DNA of 64,000 nt from an uncultured Alphaproteobacteria bacterium (GTDB lineage: Bacteria; Pseudomonadota; Alphaproteobacteria; SP197): positions 9,482-73,481 of the forward strand of contig CALSLK010000021.1 in NCBI GenBank assembly GCA_943787175.1, written 5' to 3'. This document shows positions 22,497 to 32,420 of the stretch, piece after piece. The notes beneath the pieces were generated by a model that worked only from the letters and a program-made list of their open reading frames with translations, was not told the DNA's origin and ran no database searches. Position numbers and translations under genes: made by a program. Position 1 is the stretch's first letter; the number at the start of each line of letters is the position of its first letter.

Positions 22497-23201
22497 TTAC
22501 CCCCCCAGGAACGAGCGGCGGACTTCTGGATTGGCCAGCAGGGCAGCTCCCGTATCCGTAAACCGGTTCTCACCGGTCACCAGAACGTATCCGGTGTTGG
22601 CAATCTCGAGTGCCTGGGCCGCGTTCTGCTCCACCATCAGCACAGCAACGCCGGTGCGTCCCACTTCAATGATGCGATCGAACAACTCGTCCATCACGAT
22701 GGGAGAAACGCCTGCCGTGGGTTCATCCAGCATCAGGACACGGGGCTCGGTCATCAGGGCGCGCCCAAAGGCCACCTGTTGACGCTGGCCGCCTGATAAC
22801 TCCCCGGCCGCCTGGCGGCGCTTTTCCTTCAGGATTGGAAACAGATCATAGATCTGTTCCATCGTTCCGCTGAAGTCATCGGTGCGCAGATAGGCACCCA
22901 TCTCCAGATTCTCTTCGACTGTCATGCCCGAAAAGACATTGTTGGTCTGGGGCACAAAGGCCATGCCCTCTTTCACGCGAGCTTGGGGTGAAAGGGCAGT
23001 GATGTCCTTGCCGTCGAGAACCACCCTGCCCTCACGTAGATTCAGCATACCGAACACGGCCTTCATCGCGGTTGATTTTCCAGCTCCGTTCGGCCCGACA
23101 ATGACGGCAATCTCACCGGCATCCACAGCCACCGTGCAGCCCTGCAGGATATCTGCGCCGCCATAGCCGCCGACCATGTTTTCACCCAGCAGAATACTCA
23201 T
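22497..23201 (-). CDS. ABC transporter ATP-binding protein (LivF-like)
   Basis: Walker A GPNGAGKST; signature LSGGQRQQ. Confidence 0.85.
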   Translation of the reverse strand: MSILLGENMVGGYGGADILQGCTVAVDAGEIAVIVGPNGAGKSTAMKAVFGMLNLREGRVVLDGKDITALSPQARVKEGMAFVPQTNNVFSGMTVEENLEMGAYLRTDDFSGTMEQIYDLFPILKEKRRQAAGELSGGQRQQVAFGRALMTEPRVLMLDEPTAGVSPIVMDELFDRIIEVGRTGVAVLMVEQNAAQALEIANTGYVLVTGENRFTDTGAALLANPEVRRSFLGG

Positions 23202-23980
23202 TGCTCGGCTACCGCGAGCTGTTTGCGGCCACGCCCCAGATAGGCCTCGATCACACGTTCATCGTTACGCACGACGTCGCATGTGCCTTGCGTGAGAAGC
23301 TTGCCCTCGGCCATGACGATGACATGGCTGCACAGACGAGAAATGAAATCCATGTCGTGCTCGATCATGCAGAAGGTGTAACCACGCTCCTTGTTGAGAC
23401 GCACGATTGCCTCGCCAATCGTCTTGAGCAGTGTGCGGTTCACACCAGCGCCAACTTCATCGAGAAACACGATCTTGGCATCGACCATCATCGTGCGGCC
23501 AAGCTCCAAAAGTTTCTTCTGACCTCCGGAAAGATTGCCTGCCAGTTCGTTCGCGACAGCTGAAAGATTCAGGAATTCGATTACCTCATCAGCACGTTCA
23601 CGCAGTTGCGCTTCCTGCTCGCGCACGGCGGACGGACGGAACCAGGCTTGAAGAAGGTTCTCTCCAGACTGGTCGCCTGGAACCATCATCAGGTTCTCGC
23701 GAACATTCAGGTTCGGGAACTCATGAGCGATCTGGAACGTGCGCAACAGGCCCTTGTGAAACAGCTCGTGTGGTTTCAGGCCGGTGATGTCGACATCACC
23801 AAGGAACACCTGGCCGGAATTGGGCGGAAACAATCCGGCGACAACATTAAAGAGCGTGGTCTTGCCTGCGCCATTGGGACCGATCAGTCCGGTAATGGCA
23901 CCTTCAGCAATCTCGAGACTCACGCCATCGACGGCGCGCAAGCCACCAAACCGTTTATGAAGATTGACAACACGGATCAT
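23198..23980 (-). CDS. ABC transporter ATP-binding protein (LivG-like)
   Basis: Walker A GPNGAGKTT; signature LSGGQKKLLEL; start taken at MIRVVNLHKRFGG. Confidence 0.85.
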   Translation of the reverse strand: MIRVVNLHKRFGGLRAVDGVSLEIAEGAITGLIGPNGAGKTTLFNVVAGLFPPNSGQVFLGDVDITGLKPHELFHKGLLRTFQIAHEFPNLNVRENLMMVPGDQSGENLLQAWFRPSAVREQEAQLRERADEVIEFLNLSAVANELAGNLSGGQKKLLELGRTMMVDAKIVFLDEVGAGVNRTLLKTIGEAIVRLNKERGYTFCMIEHDMDFISRLCSHVIVMAEGKLLTQGTCDVVRNDERVIEAYLGRGRKQLAVAEQ

Positions 23981-24067
23981 GCGGTTGCGATGGGACCAAT
24001 TGAGATGATGAAAAAGAAAAGGCCCGGCATTCAATTCAACGAATGCCGGGCCTCATTTCACGTTCGC

Positions 24068-25273
24068 TCAGCGAACCTGCATTGTGACAAATGCGCCGTC
24101 CTGAACTTCCAGCTCCTTGTAGGAACCAGCAGCTTCACCGACATCGGTCAGCTCAACACTGGTTGCTCCGACATAGTCAACTTCACCACCATCAGCCAGA
24201 ATCTGCAGGCCTTCGGCCAGGTTGCCCGGACCAATCGGCGTGCCTGGTGCATTGGCAACATTCATGATCTGGGCCTGGATCGCTTCCCGGTCCGTTGAAC
24301 CGGCAGCCTGCATGGCCAGAGCAATCAGGGCTGCTGCGTCATAGGACTCACCGCAGAACGGGCAGTCCCCTGCCAGGCCATTGTCCTGAGCATAGGACAC
24401 GAAATCGGCTGACTCCTGGCTCTCGGAACCCGGCAAGGTTCCAATCGTGCCATTGAGGTCAGGACCGATTGATTCGATGAGCGACTCACCAATCATGCCG
24501 TCGGCAAGAACGAAGCTGTCAAAGGCGCCCGTATCCAGAGAGGTCTGAATGATGCCCTTGCCGCCCTGATCGACATAACCGAATACAGCAAGATGATCAG
24601 CGCCGGCAGCAGCCAGCGCTGCAACTTCAGCGGAGTAATCGGCCTTACCGTCTTCATGGGCTGCAACCACCAGGACCGAACCACCCTTGGCTTCATAAGC
24701 AGCCTGGAACGCGTCCGAAAGACCCTTGCCGTAGTCGTTGTTCGTGTAGGTGATAGCAATTTCCATGATGCCGCGGTCTGTCAGGACATCAGCCAGAACT
24801 TCACCCTGACGTGCATCAGAAGGCGCAGTACGGAAAAAGTAGCCGTTATCTTCGATGGTCGTCAGTGCCGGCGATGTAGCCGACGGCGAAACCATCACAA
24901 CGCCGTTGGGTACTGCCGTATTGTTGGCAATCGCTGTCGTTACCCCAGAGCAGTCAGCGCCCATGATCGCGACAACACCGTCGGATGTAATCAAACGCTC
25001 TGCCGCTGATGTTGCTGCAGCCGAGTCGATGCATGTTGAGTCGCCGCGCACTGGGGTCAACGTTGTTCCGCCCAGAAGAATTCCAGAATCGGACGCTTCC
25101 TTCAGCGCGAGCTCTGCCGAAGCCGCCATATCAGGCGTCAATGATTCAATCGGGCCCGTAAAGCCCAGAATAATGCCGACCTTTGCATCGTCAGCCATCG
25201 CCGAACCCATGGTCAGGCCAAATGCTGCGACGGATGCCATCAAGGTGGTCTTGATCGTCTTCACGTGTTTCAT
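24068..25273 (-). CDS. ABC transporter substrate-binding protein (periplasmic binding protein type I, Leu/Ile/Val- or amide-binding family)
   Basis: Signal peptide MKHVKTIKTTLMASVAAFGLTMGSAMA, then a PBP1 fold; first gene of the HAAT operon. Confidence 0.7.
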   Translation of the reverse strand: MKHVKTIKTTLMASVAAFGLTMGSAMADDAKVGIILGFTGPIESLTPDMAASAELALKEASDSGILLGGTTLTPVRGDSTCIDSAAATSAAERLITSDGVVAIMGADCSGVTTAIANNTAVPNGVVMVSPSATSPALTTIEDNGYFFRTAPSDARQGEVLADVLTDRGIMEIAITYTNNDYGKGLSDAFQAAYEAKGGSVLVVAAHEDGKADYSAEVAALAAAGADHLAVFGYVDQGGKGIIQTSLDTGAFDSFVLADGMIGESLIESIGPDLNGTIGTLPGSESQESADFVSYAQDNGLAGDCPFCGESYDAAALIALAMQAAGSTDREAIQAQIMNVANAPGTPIGPGNLAEGLQILADGGEVDYVGATSVELTDVGEAAGSYKELEVQDGAFVTMQVR

Positions 25274-25412
25274 GTTTGCCCTCAATTGTTTTTTGCCCCA
25301 CGCAAATTCGACGTCACTGCGCCCTGCAGGGGTTGATTTAGTTTAGTCACGACACAATCGCCTGTGCAAAGGAAAACTGGGCGTTTCCGGGCAGGTCCAA
25401 CCTGTTTTGGTC

Positions 25413-26333
25413 TCAACGTCCAAGTGTTGAAAGCACGCGGATATGGTCCAGCCCAAGGCCGCAACAGCCTCCGAAAATCTGCACGCCCTGCTCCCGCCAG
25501 AGCTGCGCCTGCTCTTTGAGGTCATCGGGATCAATGATGTCGGTGAATTGCCATTGCGGCATCTTGAAGAAACCGGAATCAGGATAGGCCATCATCGGGC
25601 CCGACCATTGTTTTCTTAGAATGTTGAGCGCAGGTGCCGTTGCATTCACGTTCGTATGCATCAGGCCAAAAACATCACAGGGTGCGGCGAGCGCTGCAGC
25701 CACACTCTCCTCGAACGGGAAACCCTCCCATGCATAGCTCAAGACTCTGTCTTCCTCCATACGTGCACTCAAACCACACCAGACCGGAAGCCCAACTTCA
25801 TGGGCCGCACGCGTCGCCAAAGCGATATGGAGTGGCCGGGACATCATCTCCAACATGACCATATCTGCACCGGCCTGGGCACCGGCCTCAACGATCTCCC
25901 GGAAGTTGGAGAGGACCTGATCCGGCGCAGGTCGAAGTTCGGGGTCATCCCTTGCGGCGCCTGGAACCATCGGCATCTGGTGCGAAAGGGACACCGCCAC
26001 AGCCACATCACGCCCCCCTGCCGCCCGGTCTCTTGCCTTGAGCGCGATCTCGACAGCCTGACGTGTGAGTTGGCCAGACTTCTGGCCTGCTCCAGCTTGC
26101 TCGAGCATATGGCGCGCGTTGGAGAATGAGTTTGCTGTAATCACATCGGAACCTGCGCGGATGTAATCCTCGTGAATACCCAGAAGAATGTCAGGATCTG
26201 TCCCCGTTGCCAGGGCGCACCAGGCGCCGCCGCTCATCGTGGCCCCGCGCCGTTCAAGCTCCGTTCCCGTTCCGCCGTCAAGCAAGAGAGTTCCCCCCGC
26301 CTCAAGACGATTTTTCAATGCCTGCATCACCAT
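25413..26333 (-). CDS. homocysteine S-methyltransferase family protein
   Basis: 306 aa; LLDGGTGTELERRG N-terminus and C-terminal zinc-site region GGCCGLGLDHI. Confidence 0.75.
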   Translation of the reverse strand: MVMQALKNRLEAGGTLLLDGGTGTELERRGATMSGGAWCALATGTDPDILLGIHEDYIRAGSDVITANSFSNARHMLEQAGAGQKSGQLTRQAVEIALKARDRAAGGRDVAVAVSLSHQMPMVPGAARDDPELRPAPDQVLSNFREIVEAGAQAGADMVMLEMMSRPLHIALATRAAHEVGLPVWCGLSARMEEDRVLSYAWEGFPFEESVAAALAAPCDVFGLMHTNVNATAPALNILRKQWSGPMMAYPDSGFFKMPQWQFTDIIDPDDLKEQAQLWREQGVQIFGGCCGLGLDHIRVLSTLGR

Positions 26334-26476
26334 TCACCCGTCTCCTTGTCGTCAATTCAGCTTGCGCCAGACATTACAGCGACTTCACAAGCGTGAAAGC
26401 AGGATTTGCAGCGGTTGACCCACAGCAGCGAAGCCCTAATGTGCATCCCTTCACTGGGAGGAATTGGGAGAAAACC

Positions 26477-27565
26477 ATGACCCGTCAAATGATGACTTCA
26501 CGTCGGACGCTGCTGGGAGCATCGGCCGCTGCAACAGGTGTACTTGCTGCACCGAATGTTCTTCGTCGCGCCTGGGCCGCAGAACCCATCAGGGTTTCGT
26601 CCTATGGCGGTTACTTTGAGGACAGCCTCAAGTCCTATGCCTATCCGGAATTCACCAAGGCTACTGGCATCGAAATCGAGTCCGTGTCGCAGGCTGGCGG
26701 TTTCGAATGGTTCGTGAACCTGAAAAGCAGCATTGCCGCTGGAACGCCTGCTGTGGATGTGACCATGGGCGGCTACGGCTCCATGCTTCGTGCACCGGAA
26801 ATCATGGTTCCCGTCGACACGTCCAAGGTTCCCAACCTTGAGAACGTCCCCGAGTACCTGATCCTTCGCAATGAAGCCGGTGTGCCCCTGAACGTCCCTG
26901 TTCTGGCCTGGTACGCCACGCTTGTCACGAACAAGGAAATCTGGACAGAAGCGCCCACAAGTTGGGGTGACGCCTGGGATTCCAAGTTCAACGGTGAGTT
27001 GGGTTGGGGCAAGAATGCCGATAGCAGCTATATCATCGACATCGTTGCCAAGACCTTCTTCGGCGGCAACGAAATCATGGCGACCGACGATGGCTTGATG
27101 GAATGCATGCAGAAAGCTGCGGAACTCAAGGACAATGTCCGCCTGTGGTTCCGTGATGAAGGCCAGTTCCAGGCCATGTTGCAGTCTGGTGAACTGACTG
27201 GTGGTCAGTATTATCACGACGTGACGCAGGTCATGATTCTGGACGGTTTCCCCATGCGTTCGACCTTCCCCAAGGAAGGCGGTGTCATCGACTTTGGCTC
27301 GTGGGGCATGGTCACCGGCACAGAGAAGGTTGATGTCTGCCAGGAATTCATGAACTGGTCGGTTTCACCTGAGGCCCAGACCGTGATCACCGACAACGTC
27401 TGGACCGCACCGGTTCTGCCGCGTGACATGCTGCCGAACCTTACGGACGAAGCGTTCAACCGTGCCTCCAGTACGGTCGAGCCTATCGTTCCGAATTATC
27501 AGGTCTATGTCGACAAGGGCGATTGGATCAGCGAGCGCTGGGACGAGTTGCTGCTCGACGTCTGA
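26477..27565 (+). CDS. ABC transporter substrate-binding protein (PotD/PotF-like, Tat/Sec signal)
   Basis: Start MTRQMMTSRRTLLGASAAATGVLA, then an extracellular solute-binding fold; terminator immediately downstream. Confidence 0.65.
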   Translation: MTRQMMTSRRTLLGASAAATGVLAAPNVLRRAWAAEPIRVSSYGGYFEDSLKSYAYPEFTKATGIEIESVSQAGGFEWFVNLKSSIAAGTPAVDVTMGGYGSMLRAPEIMVPVDTSKVPNLENVPEYLILRNEAGVPLNVPVLAWYATLVTNKEIWTEAPTSWGDAWDSKFNGELGWGKNADSSYIIDIVAKTFFGGNEIMATDDGLMECMQKAAELKDNVRLWFRDEGQFQAMLQSGELTGGQYYHDVTQVMILDGFPMRSTFPKEGGVIDFGSWGMVTGTEKVDVCQEFMNWSVSPEAQTVITDNVWTAPVLPRDMLPNLTDEAFNRASSTVEPIVPNYQVYVDKGDWISERWDELLLDV

Positions 27566-27587
27566 GCAACCGTTCTCGATTTGAAGA

Positions 27588-27621
27588 AGGGCCGAAGCAT
27601 CATGCTTCGGCCCTTTTTTTG
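27588..27621 (+). terminator. rho-independent terminator
   Basis: Perfect hairpin GGGCCGAAGCATcATGCTTCGGCCC followed by T7. Confidence 0.8.
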
Positions 27622-27748
27622 TTCGACAGCCAACAACTGGAAAAACACCCAAAAGCCAGGACGGACAGTAATCCAGTTGACTCTCTGCTCGCGCGGCACA
27701 GACTGACTTTGAACTTCAACGCATGACGTGACCTTTCGGAGCCAGAAA

Positions 27749-28828
27749 ATGGCCATAGCATTCCATCCCATCGAGGTGTGTGCCGCCCATCAACCCTTTG
27801 CGGAATGTCGCGGCATCAGTCTTGCCGATGAGTTGAACAACGATGCAATCTCGGCCGTCCGGGAGGGACTCCTCAAACACGGCCTTCTGGTCTTCCGTAA
27901 TCAGGGGGCCATGACGCCAGCACAGGAAATTGCCTTCAACACGGCATTTGGCTGGCATGATCCTGACCAGAATGATTTCCTCTTCGGGTTTGGTGCACCG
28001 ACCACCGAACATCGCGTCAGCGGCGGTGCGCAGATTCCAGACCTGCCGGAGGTCTCGGTTCTGGGCAACGTCCTGCTCGATAACTACCACGGCATCACCA
28101 ACACACAGTTGAAACCGGTTCTGGGATTCACACATTCGGCCTGGCATGCCGACGGCCTGCACGACATGTTCGATGGCCTGCCCGAGATGACCACGATGTT
28201 CAATCCCGTGGGCTGGCAAACGCGCGGCGGTGGCGCGACCTATTTCACTTCAGGCGTCCTTGCCGTCGAACGTATGGATCGCGATGTCCTGGAGGAGCTT
28301 CGCCAGTGTGTTGTCGCATATGTACGATCCCCCAACGACGAGGCCCCTGACGACACGCGGCGTGTTATTCCAGGCTCATCTCGCATGACTGACGAAGGCA
28401 CGCGCCGCATTGGGTTCTCCACCAGCAATGATGACCCTGCCGCTCCACTCCATGATTTTGAGTTCAAGGTTGAGCACGCAGATGGCGGAGGTCGCCATGC
28501 TCCCATTCGCCGTCATCCGGCCACGGGACAAGAGGCGCTCTACGTCACGCCAAGCCAGGCAGTGTGCCTGCTGGACGCCGAGACCGGCGCCCTCCGCCAT
28601 GAGGTCAAGGAAACCATCGATTTACTGGCGCGCGCCCTCCGTCCCAGCGTCGGGCCAGAAATCAGATACGAGCACAACTGGCGTGAAGGTGATTTCGTCG
28701 CCTGGCTGAACACTCTGGTGCTCCACAGCGCATCAGATCCGTCTGAAATTGACGGACCACGTCTGATGCATCGGGTACGCCTGTCATCGCCCAGAAGACG
28801 CGAACGGGAAAACGATGGACGAGGATAG
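27749..28828 (+). CDS. TauD/TfdA family Fe(II)/2-oxoglutarate-dependent dioxygenase
   Basis: 360 aa; HxD motif WHADGLHDMFDG and a distal His; overall TauD-like pattern. Confidence 0.65.
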   Translation: MAIAFHPIEVCAAHQPFAECRGISLADELNNDAISAVREGLLKHGLLVFRNQGAMTPAQEIAFNTAFGWHDPDQNDFLFGFGAPTTEHRVSGGAQIPDLPEVSVLGNVLLDNYHGITNTQLKPVLGFTHSAWHADGLHDMFDGLPEMTTMFNPVGWQTRGGGATYFTSGVLAVERMDRDVLEELRQCVVAYVRSPNDEAPDDTRRVIPGSSRMTDEGTRRIGFSTSNDDPAAPLHDFEFKVEHADGGGRHAPIRRHPATGQEALYVTPSQAVCLLDAETGALRHEVKETIDLLARALRPSVGPEIRYEHNWREGDFVAWLNTLVLHSASDPSEIDGPRLMHRVRLSSPRRRERENDGRG

Positions 28829-28852
28829 GACCAACGGATCACGTTCAGGGAA

Positions 28853-28929
28853 TGGTGCGCCCTGCAGGATTCGAACCTGCGACCTGCGGCTTAGAAGGCC
28901 GCTGCTCTATCCGGCTGAGCTAAGGGCGC
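28853..28929 (-). tRNA. tRNA-Arg (anticodon TCT)
   Basis: Reverse complement GCGCCCTTAGCTCAGCCGGATAGAGCA...anticodon loop CTTCTAA...GGTTCGAATCC...GGGCGCACCA. Confidence 0.85.
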
Positions 28930-28939
28930 TAAACAGGAG

Positions 28940-29236
28940 TCAGCCTGGTCTCTGCCAACGGAAGTTGTCGGCATAGGACTTGGGCACGATGCGCCGGGCC
29001 TGGTTTTCCATGACGCGATAGGCAATGCCGTTGCGTTCGGCGTAGGCAACTGCTTCCTCACGCGTCTCGAACGTCAGGCGCAACTCATCAGCCTTCATTT
29101 CAGACGAACCAGTCCAACCCATCAGCGGGTCAGCCGTCTTGGCCGTCTTTGGAAGGTGTTCAAGAATCCAGCGATGGGTCTTGGCACGGCCCGACTGCAT
29201 GGCTGTCTTGGCTGGGCAGTAGATGCGCGCGGTCAT
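28940..29236 (-). CDS. ETC complex I subunit / NDUFS4-like protein
   Basis: MTARIYCPAKTAMQSG...DPLMGW...YAERNGIAY...PKSYADNFRW matches the conserved NDUFS4 core. Confidence 0.85.
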   Translation of the reverse strand: MTARIYCPAKTAMQSGRAKTHRWILEHLPKTAKTADPLMGWTGSSEMKADELRLTFETREEAVAYAERNGIAYRVMENQARRIVPKSYADNFRWQRPG

Positions 29237-29314
29237 GAGCGGTCCCCGGACTTGAAAACTGATCTTCTGTCTATAGGCCCGGATGTGCCCGTGGCACAAG
29301 TCTGGCTTCAATGA

Positions 29315-29391
29315 TGGTCGGGGCGCCAAGATTCGAACTTGGGACCCCCTGCTCCCAAAGCAGGTGCGCTACCAGGCTGCGCTACGCCCCG
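29315..29391 (-). tRNA. tRNA-Pro (anticodon TGG)
   Basis: Reverse complement CGGGGCGTAGCGCAGCCTGGTAGCGCA...anticodon loop TTTGGGA...GGTTCGAATCT...CGCCCCGACCA. Confidence 0.85.
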
Positions 29392-29452
29392 ACGGCAGCG
29401 TTGTGACGGCATGCAGGCCTTGCGTCAACCATGCGATCCCGTCACGAGGCCA

Positions 29453-30259
29453 TTAACTCGGGCTGGAATCGTCCTGGTTCGGGTTCTCAAGAAGTTCCAG
29501 CAACTCCTCGATCGCATCCTGGACCGCCTCTTCCTCCACCGTACCCAAATCATCGGTGAAGTTGGCACCTGTGGCATTCTCGAGGGCGGTAGCGACATTG
29601 CCAAACGCGGCCTGGATTGCCGCAGCATCCAGCGGCGTCGGCACGCCACCGACGGTCGCCGTTCCAGCTGCGGTAAGTGTGCTTTCGATCCCACCACTGG
29701 TTACAGTCACCGTGCCAACCGTGCCATCGGGGTTGATGCCCAGCGAGATGATTTCACCCTGCGTCCCGGAGGCCGTCACCAGAAAACCACCATTGGGTTG
29801 TCTGGTAACAGACGTGAACGTGTTGATCAGCACCGCTGTGCCGCGGATACCGATGGTCGATACCGGCGTGGTGACCGTCATGTCACCGGTTTTTACAATA
29901 TCGCCAGAAACCAGGCCCATCAGGCCACCAGCGAGATCGAACGAGGCGACACTGTTCTGGCCATCGGGGTCATAGACCAGTTCGTCGATAATGAGGGCGG
30001 ATTCCGCACCCAGCGTGAGAACCGTGTTATCGACAAAGGTGATGGTTGCTTCGCCACCAAACCCGACAAAAACCGTGTCGTGCTGAAAGACGGAGGTGCC
30101 CACACCAGCGGGCACTTCTTCGCCCCCCGCCCGGGTCACGATGATTTCGCCAACGCCCTGCGTGATGCTTCCCACGCTCTCCTGCGCCAAGGCCGAGGCA
30201 ACCGGACCTGCGAACAGAAAAAAAACAGCAAAAACGACGAGTTTCCGGGCAAAATTCAT
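29453..30259 (-). CDS. secreted FecR-domain-containing protein
   Basis: Signal peptide MNFARKLVVFAVFFLFAGPVASALA, then a Gly/Thr/Val-rich beta region resembling the FecR domain, and an acidic C-terminus. Confidence 0.45.
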   Translation of the reverse strand: MNFARKLVVFAVFFLFAGPVASALAQESVGSITQGVGEIIVTRAGGEEVPAGVGTSVFQHDTVFVGFGGEATITFVDNTVLTLGAESALIIDELVYDPDGQNSVASFDLAGGLMGLVSGDIVKTGDMTVTTPVSTIGIRGTAVLINTFTSVTRQPNGGFLVTASGTQGEIISLGINPDGTVGTVTVTSGGIESTLTAAGTATVGGVPTPLDAAAIQAAFGNVATALENATGANFTDDLGTVEEEAVQDAIEELLELLENPNQDDSSPS

Positions 30260-30341
30260 GACTAACCTCAGCTCCTACCGCTTCCACGACTTTGAAATAC
30301 ACCGCAAGACTACATCATAACCTGTTGCAGTAATATGACCT

Positions 30342-30800
30342 CTACAACCCAAAGGCACGGTGGGTCACTCTGTCGCCGGGTTTGATTCCTAGCCTTGCTA
30401 CAGTACCGCCATTGAGTTCCAACACTCCGGCAGCAGGCAGACCCGATGGAATGGGCGTCTCGTCATGTGGAACAGCGTCGTGCGCGATGCTGACAATCAT
30501 GCCCTGGCTGTCGATAAAGATCAGGTCGAGCGGAATGAGCGTGTTCCTCATCCAGAAGCTTCGGGGCGCTTCCCGGTCGAACAGGAAAAGCATGCCAGCA
30601 TTGGGTGCCATTTCCTCGCGGAACATCAGCCCCTGAGCCCGCTGCTGGGGAGTCAGCGCCAATTCCACGATAAACGCATGATGCTGGCCATCAGACGATT
30701 GGACCGTTAGATCATCGGATGCGAAAGTTACCAGCTCATCAGCAGTCGCGGTTCCCCAGCATGAAGCCGCAAGGATCACGAGTACACGGGCGATGAAACG
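30342..30800 (-). CDS. DUF192 domain-containing protein (start uncertain, probably non-ATG)
   Basis: AFIVELALTPQQRAQGLMFR...GMLFLFD...NTLIPLDLIFIDSQGMIVSI...GLPAAGVLELNGG is the DUF192 pattern. N-terminal signal-like VLVILAASCWGTATA. Confidence 0.6.
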   Translation of the reverse strand, partial: RFIARVLVILAASCWGTATADELVTFASDDLTVQSSDGQHHAFIVELALTPQQRAQGLMFREEMAPNAGMLFLFDREAPRSFWMRNTLIPLDLIFIDSQGMIVSIAHDAVPHDETPIPSGLPAAGVLELNGGTVARLGIKPGDRVTHRAFGL

Positions 30801-31782
30801 TTTTGTGAGACCAGGAGAAGAAGAAGCGCCCGCACAGCGTCCCGGCTTGCGTTGGAATGCCGCCTTCATCCTTGGCGTTACTGGTGCATTGCTGGTCATG
30901 GTGGGCGCGACCCTACCGCAATTGATCTTGCCGGGATACGAAACGACACCTCTGGTTACCATCGATTCTGTTCTCGCATTGCAGTTCGATTCCGGCGCTA
31001 TGGTCATCGTCTTCGCGCTGTTTGCCATCGCCTTTGCCCTGGTCGGAAGATACCGATGGATCATCTTCTGCGCGATCATGATCATCACGTTCCTGACCAC
31101 AGCCCTGCTTTACCAGATTATTGGTATCACCGGCCTTTCAGTCAGCGACCTGATTGACCTCAACAACGGCATCCTTCCGCCAGGCATTGACCCCGCAGCA
31201 CTCCTCAATGTCGTTCCCGCGCTGGAAAATTGGGATTCCGAAGTCGGTCTCATGATAGTTGGCGCCGGCATTGTTCTTCTGGAGCTGGCTCCCTGGATGA
31301 AATGGCTGCGCGGCGGCGGGAAACCGGCACAGGAGCGGGAAGAACCGCATATCGCAGAGCCGGAGCCAGAGCCCGAACCGGTTGTGCCCAACGACCTGCT
31401 GGTCGATGGCATCTACTTTTTTGCAGAAGGGCTTTCGCGTCCCCTGTCATTCAACCTGCTAACGACGACCAACCAGGTCATGGCTTTGCACGTCAACCTG
31501 TTAGCCGCCGGGTATCTTGGCGATACCTATTTTGTACGCTGCCGCGACCTCGATGTTGGCAATTTGCGCGATGTACCCGCACACATGATGAGCGAGATCG
31601 TCGATGTGGAAAGCGGTGAGAAGGTCGACGCAGACGATTTCCTGAACGATCTTGCCCAGGTCGCCTATGAGGTCATCGAAGGGGTTGCCCCCAATGTGTC
31701 CGAACCGGCGCCCGAGTCAGCCAGCGACCAGCCTCAGGAAAACGTGGCTCCTGCCCTGAAAGTTGTCGTCAACGAACCTTGA
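30793..31782 (+). CDS. hypothetical membrane protein with an (EP)4 linker and unknown C-terminal domain
   Basis: 329 aa; about four predicted TM helices in the first 170 aa; EPEPEPEP low-complexity linker; acidic soluble C-terminus. No family recognised. Confidence 0.5.
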   Translation: MKRFVRPGEEEAPAQRPGLRWNAAFILGVTGALLVMVGATLPQLILPGYETTPLVTIDSVLALQFDSGAMVIVFALFAIAFALVGRYRWIIFCAIMIITFLTTALLYQIIGITGLSVSDLIDLNNGILPPGIDPAALLNVVPALENWDSEVGLMIVGAGIVLLELAPWMKWLRGGGKPAQEREEPHIAEPEPEPEPVVPNDLLVDGIYFFAEGLSRPLSFNLLTTTNQVMALHVNLLAAGYLGDTYFVRCRDLDVGNLRDVPAHMMSEIVDVESGEKVDADDFLNDLAQVAYEVIEGVAPNVSEPAPESASDQPQENVAPALKVVVNEP

Positions 31783-31937
31783 TCGCCAACATGACTTAGC
31801 CACATGACAACTAATCGCGTGTCGCGCATGGGCTTGCCCGACGCCGCCGCATAGGCATACTCAGGTTTCGTTCATGGCTCAGGGATCCCTGTGATCCGCC
31901 CTGATCGGCTTCCAACACGTGCACCCGCGGGGGTTCC

Positions 31938-32420
31938 ATGGTCTCGGCACGGACCTTCAGTCTCTTTCTTGTCCTGTTTGCGACATGGCTTCTGCTTTCT
32001 GGCATCTGGGATCCGTTCCTGATTGCTTCAGGCGCGGTCTCAAGCCTTCTGGTCGTCTACCTTGCCCATCGTATGAGCGTGATCGACGGCGAAGGCCATC
32101 CGATTCAACTTTCCTGGAAGCTGCTTACCTACCTTCCCTGGCTGGCCTGGCAAATTCTGATTTCCAATATCGCGGTCTGCCGAATGGTTCTCTCGCCGTC
32201 CATGAAGCTTGATGCCGGGTCGGGCTGGGTTTCAGCCAGCCAGAAAACGCCTGTCGGACTGGTAACGTTTGCAAACTCGATCACGCTGACCCCTGGCACC
32301 GTCGCGTTGGCCGTCTACCCAGACACCATCCAGGTTCACGCCCTTGACCGCTCAGGCATCGAAGAACTCAAGGCCGGAGAAATGAACCGGCGCGTCTGTG
32401 CAATGGAAGGCCAGAGCTGA
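31938..32420 (+). CDS. mrpE: Na+/H+ antiporter subunit E (MrpE/MnhE)
   Basis: 160 aa; NSITLTPGT motif typical of MnhE. Confidence 0.75.
   Translation: MVSARTFSLFLVLFATWLLLSGIWDPFLIASGAVSSLLVVYLAHRMSVIDGEGHPIQLSWKLLTYLPWLAWQILISNIAVCRMVLSPSMKLDAGSGWVSASQKTPVGLVTFANSITLTPGTVALAVYPDTIQVHALDRSGIEELKAGEMNRRVCAMEGQS

Noticed and set aside
21580-22782. 400-aa plus-strand ORF antisense to the LivH-like permease gene
   Set aside because: Composition-biased (Arg/Asp/His-rich) antisense ORF. The ABC permease on the other strand explains the region.
28853-29391. Genomic island integrated at tRNA-Arg/tRNA-Pro
   Set aside because: No integrase, no recognisable direct repeat of a tRNA 3' end, and no obvious compositional break; neighbouring genes look like core genome.
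31340-31385. GAGCCNGAGCC-type short tandem repeat
   Set aside because: It is simply the coding sequence of the EPEPEPEP linker in the 30793..31782 protein, not a non-coding repeat or CRISPR-like array.
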